Shown piece by piece: positions 58,911-64,000 of a stretch of 64,000 nucleotides of DNA (position 1 is the stretch's first letter; every line of letters starts with the position of its first letter). The stretch comes from the human T2T-CHM13v2.0 reference genome, Homo sapiens: NCBI RefSeq assembly GCF_009914755.1, contig NC_060926.1. One strand, written 5' to 3'. Made by a program: the position numbers and the translations under genes. Under the pieces are notes generated by a model, which made no database searches, was not told the origin of the DNA, and was given only the letters and a program-made list of their open reading frames with translations.

Positions 58911-60382
58911 GTTTTGTTGACTCTTTATCTCATCCAACTAGAACATTAACTCCGTGGGAGCTGGGGATTTTATCCTAGTCTGCAGCACTAAGCACAGCGA
59001 AAACAGGGGGCCCTTCGTAATCATTTATCACATGAATGAATTAATATTAAAAAGACAGCAACGTAATCATTCTAAATTAATTATTCTTTCTCCATCTTCT
59101 TCCATAAAGATACACAGCAAACAACAACCCCAGAAATTGTTCTAGATAGAAAGATAAGCCATATCAACTTTCAACAAACCATTGAATCAAGATTGTGGTT
59201 TCTCAGCAAGCAAACTGCACAGAAGTCACTCATTCCATGATACTTAACCAGCATTATTTCTCTCTGAGTGTCTTTCCAGGTCAATCCTTATCTCACATAC
59301 CTATTTTAACTGATATTAAATAAAAATTACATATGTTTTTCTGAAAAAAGTTCTACAATTCTGTTCTATTACCTTTGTATTATCTTTCATAATAACATTG
59401 TCCTTGTCTTTATTTTCAATTAAGAAATATAAAAATTATCATACATAATTTTTAAATGTATAAATTTCTGCTTGTAAATAACCCTTCATGGGAACATCAT
59501 GGAGTTTGGATGTGCCTGTGTATATAACCAGGAGATAAAAAGAATGAAATTTATTTTTCTTTTCAGAGCTATTAAGCCTATTGTTCTTTTGTTCTGGTTC
59601 TCTGTTGCATCTTGCAATCTATCAGCCTACTTGGCTATGAACCATTTATATGTCCCACAGAATGCATGCTTTGGAGTTGATTATCGTGAGAAGGAAGCAG
59701 TATACAGGGTTTTATGTGTAGATTCAAAAGTGTCCAGTGTTTTATTATTTAGTTCTTATAGGTTACAAAAACTAGGAAATCCCAGGTTAAACCTGGAAGG
59801 GAAGGTAGAGAATAGGACAACATTGAAAATCATTAATTACAGCTTCACAATTACTCTAGCTCTGAAATCCTGAAATGTAATGCATACAACAATAATTTAG
59901 TATCGTTTGATACTTACTTATCTTAGTTTTAATATCCAGATTTATTTAGTGTTTGTTTTTCCTACGAGAAAGACTCACATGGAGCGCCTAAAGTTGGGCA
60001 GTTTCCCACCATACCTACACAGAGACGCTTATTCCCCCTTGTGGTAGTTGGTTACATTACACGCAAACTCAACATTATTAATTCAGCGACCAGAGTAGCT
60101 ATTGATTTCATCAATGGAATGAACTATTGCAGTATAATCCAAAATTACTGCTTAGGTTCTCTTTTTTCAGAAATCCTTATGGGCTGAGCAGACAGCATTT
60201 CATTATATACCATCCATTTCAAGAAAGTCCTTAGTAACTTTTGGATGTGAAAGTATACTTTCAAGGATTGGAGTAAATGTGACTATCATGCACTTGTGAA
60301 GAGGGAAGAGAGAGAAAGAGAGACCATCATGAAGGAGCTAAATTACCAAGGCAGCATTCTGCAAAAAGTTATTCCTAGTTGG

Positions 60383-60720
<338 letters not shown>

Positions 60721-61856
60721 TCAGGGTTCCATAGTTAGTTGAGGGTCCATTTGGTCTTTTAACTAGAACATTATAGGTGTTGTTGTTTACCTCATGATAC
60801 TATCAACAATGAAAAAGAGAGAGAAGAATTAATTCAGAAGGATTGAGCCCACACTTTGCTGTGATTTACATATGCAATAAATATCTATTGAGGGCCTGCT
60901 ATTTGCTTAGGTGAAGACATGAGTTTCTAGTAGTCACATAGAATAAGACATGACTATCTGGCCTAGAAGTGTGAACTGCCAAACAGCAGTGGGTGTTAAA
61001 TCTGGAGTTTGGAGGAGTCTTTCTTTCTGAAAAGAAATGGCTTAACATGTGAACTTTTTCTGCATGTAAATGGAAATATTAGTGAAAAGAGTACTTGGAG
61101 CACCTTTTGTTAAAACCAGCAACCTCGAAAGCAGAGAGATAGTCATCTTCCTCGTTTTTCAAAGTAGCCCTTCAGTATTTGCACAAATTTACATCCTGCT
61201 TTCTTCTAAGCTAGTGTTGTGCAACTGAGGGTCCCTTACCGGGTTGTAGGGTGAATGAACAATGCACCACATATGCATACAGCGAATCTTCTGGTTATAA
61301 TAGTTTATAGGTTATAATTCAGCATTAGATGTTTTCATACAATAAGTAATGAAAAATCTAGACCAGACTTTGGACCACCCTTAAGTAAAAAAGAAGATTA
61401 TTGACATTGTCCCTTCCATGGTTGAATTGTTGGAAAACAGTTCACTTTTACTACTGCACCAAATTAGATAAAATTAATCAAAATTGCTTTCTTGCACCAC
61501 AGTTATACCCAAGTTGCTTAACTAATAACAAATAAATTCACATATAATACAGCAATAAAATAAGCACTAATTAAAGTTTTAGAGAGACCTAGGAAAATAG
61601 GTTTAAAATTGTAATATGGCTAGCAGCCCCCAGAACCGTCATGATTTTGTGATGGTATCTCACAAAAGCACCATCAAGAATACATAATAAGAAGAAAACA
61701 CAAAACATCACCAACAATACCAAGATATGGCATGGCAGAATTTTGGAGTAACTGTAGAAAATATATGACAGGTGGAATTGACATGTAAAAAAACCTATGC
61801 AATCTAGCTCTGGCTAAACTCTGTGAAACATGAATCTCTTTAAAATGGCAGGGCTT

Positions 61857-62181
61857 GGGCAGGCGCGGTGGCTCGTGCCTGTAATCCCAGCACTTTGGGA
61901 GGCCAAGGCGGGTGGATCACAAGGTCAGGAGTTCAAGAACAGCCTGACCAAGATGGTGAAACCCTGTCTCTACTAAAAATACAAAAAAAAAAAAAAAAAA
62001 AAAATTAGCCAGGCATGGTGGCAGACACCTGTAATCCCAGCTACTCGGGAGGCTGAGGCAGGAGAATCGCTTGAACCCAGGGGCAGAGGTTGCAGTGAGC
62101 CGAGATCGCGCCCCTGAACCCCAACCTGGGTGACAGAAAAAGACTCCCTCTCAAAAAAAAAAAAAAAAAAAGAAAAAGAAA
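61857..62181 (+). mobile_element. AluSg-like element with an expanded A22 linker
   Basis: ggatcacaaggtcagg, ccaagatggtg; TSD aaaatg(g/t)cagg(g/c)ctt at 61842-61856 and 62182-62196. Confidence 0.93.
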
Positions 62182-62759
62182 AAAATGTCAGGCCTTTTAT
62201 TCAGGCCTGAATTCACTGTGGGCCCTTATATTCTTCATTATTGCTATGCATGTCTCCACATCGTAAATACCTCCTTATTTGAACTAACTTGATGGAATTT
62301 CTGTATTTTATAACCCAGATACTAACTAAAGCACATTTTTATTCTCTTTTTCTTTTCCTGTCTTTAATAGCTCTCACTTAATGTTATAAAAATTCTGGTT
62401 TTCTAACTTTAAGCATGTTATCTGTGCACAGTTACACACACATTCACATCAGCAAAGCTGCCGGCATAGTTCTAAAGGCCTGTCCTACTGGCTCATCCAG
62501 GAGTTAAATATTCAGAGACAAGACATTGTATAAATCCTACAGGTAGAAGTTGCATGGGAGAACTGAATGCACTAGAATGCCTTATCTCCATCTTTTTCAC
62601 TTGTCAGACAGCTCTTCATTCTTCAAATCACCTTGCATATTGTATTTTCTGGGAAGATTGCTTTGACAGCCTCCTTCTTCCTACCCCAACAAATGTGTCA
62701 CACACTGAATCACCTGCCGTGAGTTTGCGCCATGAGAACAGCAATGGCAGCAACAAGAG

Positions 62760-62920
62760 CAATAGCGAACAATTTTGAGTGCTTAACATGTGCCAAGCAA
62801 TGTACTAAGTGCTTACACACATTGCCTCACTCAGGCTTCACCAAAACCTCAAGAAATCACAGTATTTTAGAGGTGAAAAAAACTATTATTTTACAGATAA
62901 GAAAACTTGAGTTTCAAGCA
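62760..62920 (-). mobile_element. MIR
   Basis: ttgagtgcttaacatgtgccaagc...tactaagtgctt...ttttacagataagaaaact. Confidence 0.8.
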
Positions 62921-63620
62921 CTGTGGTTAGTACTTTATATTTATTCCTTCATTTTATCATCACAGCGATAGTTTGGAGCTATTGTGAGCCCCACTCTAAA
63001 GATGAGAAAATAAATGCTCATAGCAGTTAATTGTCTAATCCCTTACTTTTATCTCCACTATATCTATTATGCCATTTATTTAAACAGAAATGATCTGCTT
63101 ATGTGTCCACTTCCCCTGTGAATCAGTAAGTTCAAGGGAAGGACTCTGCCCTACTCATCTTTGAATATCAAATTATGTGCTCAGTAAATATCCACTTGCC
63201 AATGCAGACTCCTCCCTGATGTGAGTCCTACGATTCTTAAATTTTAAATACGTTTTAGTAAACGAGTAAACACACATGTACTTTTTCTGAAAAAGGCTCT
63301 AGAGTTTTTATTTTACCACCACCACATTGCTGTCTCCCCTGGAAATGACCCCCAAGGGATCATTCTTCTAGTGGAGCCAGCCAAAGCCATGGTTGGCTAT
63401 TGTTGATGACCCTGTCAGGCTTAAGGACAGAAATTCTGCTCTTCTGGAGCCTAAAGTATCAGTCCTTGTTGCTCTTGAGCCTACTAAAAGACTCTAGAAC
63501 TATGGCCACAAATGCTAGTTGTCCCCAACAATCCATGCACAGTTCCCCACTACTGCAGTGAAAGCTGTAGCAAATAGTAAAAGGTTTGTGTTACTGACCA
63601 TTTCAAACCTACCTCTACAG

Positions 63621-63750
63621 GACTAGGGAACACTTACCCTCAGTGCTGGACCTCCTCAGGTCTTTGCAAGCTTTACCCTTAGCCTCCTCTTCCAAGGACT
63701 CAGAATGAAAAGAAAATAAATGCAAAGGTAAGCCTCATCGCTGTCCTCAG
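63621..63750 (+). other. Candidate non-coding exon
   Basis: Branch point TACTGAC at 63592-63598, acceptor ctctacag at 63620, donor CAG|GTAAGT at 63750/63751; stops in all three frames. Confidence 0.35.
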
Positions 63751-64000
63751 GTAAGTTCCTTCAGAACGTGAGCAGTAGGGGCACCCTTTCCCTCCAGGAC
63801 AAAAAGATGCAACATTGCCCAATGATCTCCAAAAGGGAACTACAAAAATATCCACAGTCTTAAATTCTTTCATTTTATCCCTGGTCACCTTGATAATAAT
63901 ATAACATTAGTGAAAATGAAGGTAAAATGGCTATGTATTACCTAAAAGCATATCATGAAAGTTAACATGAAGAACATGTCAACAGACTCCTAATGACATC

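Overview
AT-rich, CpG-poor primate genomic DNA, almost certainly human because it carries an AluYa5 with all five diagnostic bases. I see no protein-coding gene, RNA gene or CpG island. The long ORFs I checked are fragments or antisense reads of Alu, L1 or L2 repeats. The window reads as intergenic or deep-intronic sequence with about 19 Alu/FLAM elements, L1 fragments of many ages (one L1PA2/3 has a twin-priming 5' inversion), L2, MIR, MaLR/ERVL LTRs and hAT DNA transposons. The most notable unexplained structures are: a complex templated duplication with a fold-back at 20392-20511; a deletion scar filled with inverted local sequence at about 57494-57515; a 123-bp ungapped dispersed duplication with an identity gradient (34758 and 36428); two three-monomer Alus; a subfamily-chimeric Alu; and three candidate non-coding exons. 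I found no evidence of a new multi-gene system. Subfamily calls come from remembered consensus sequences, and the boundaries of old repeats are approximate.
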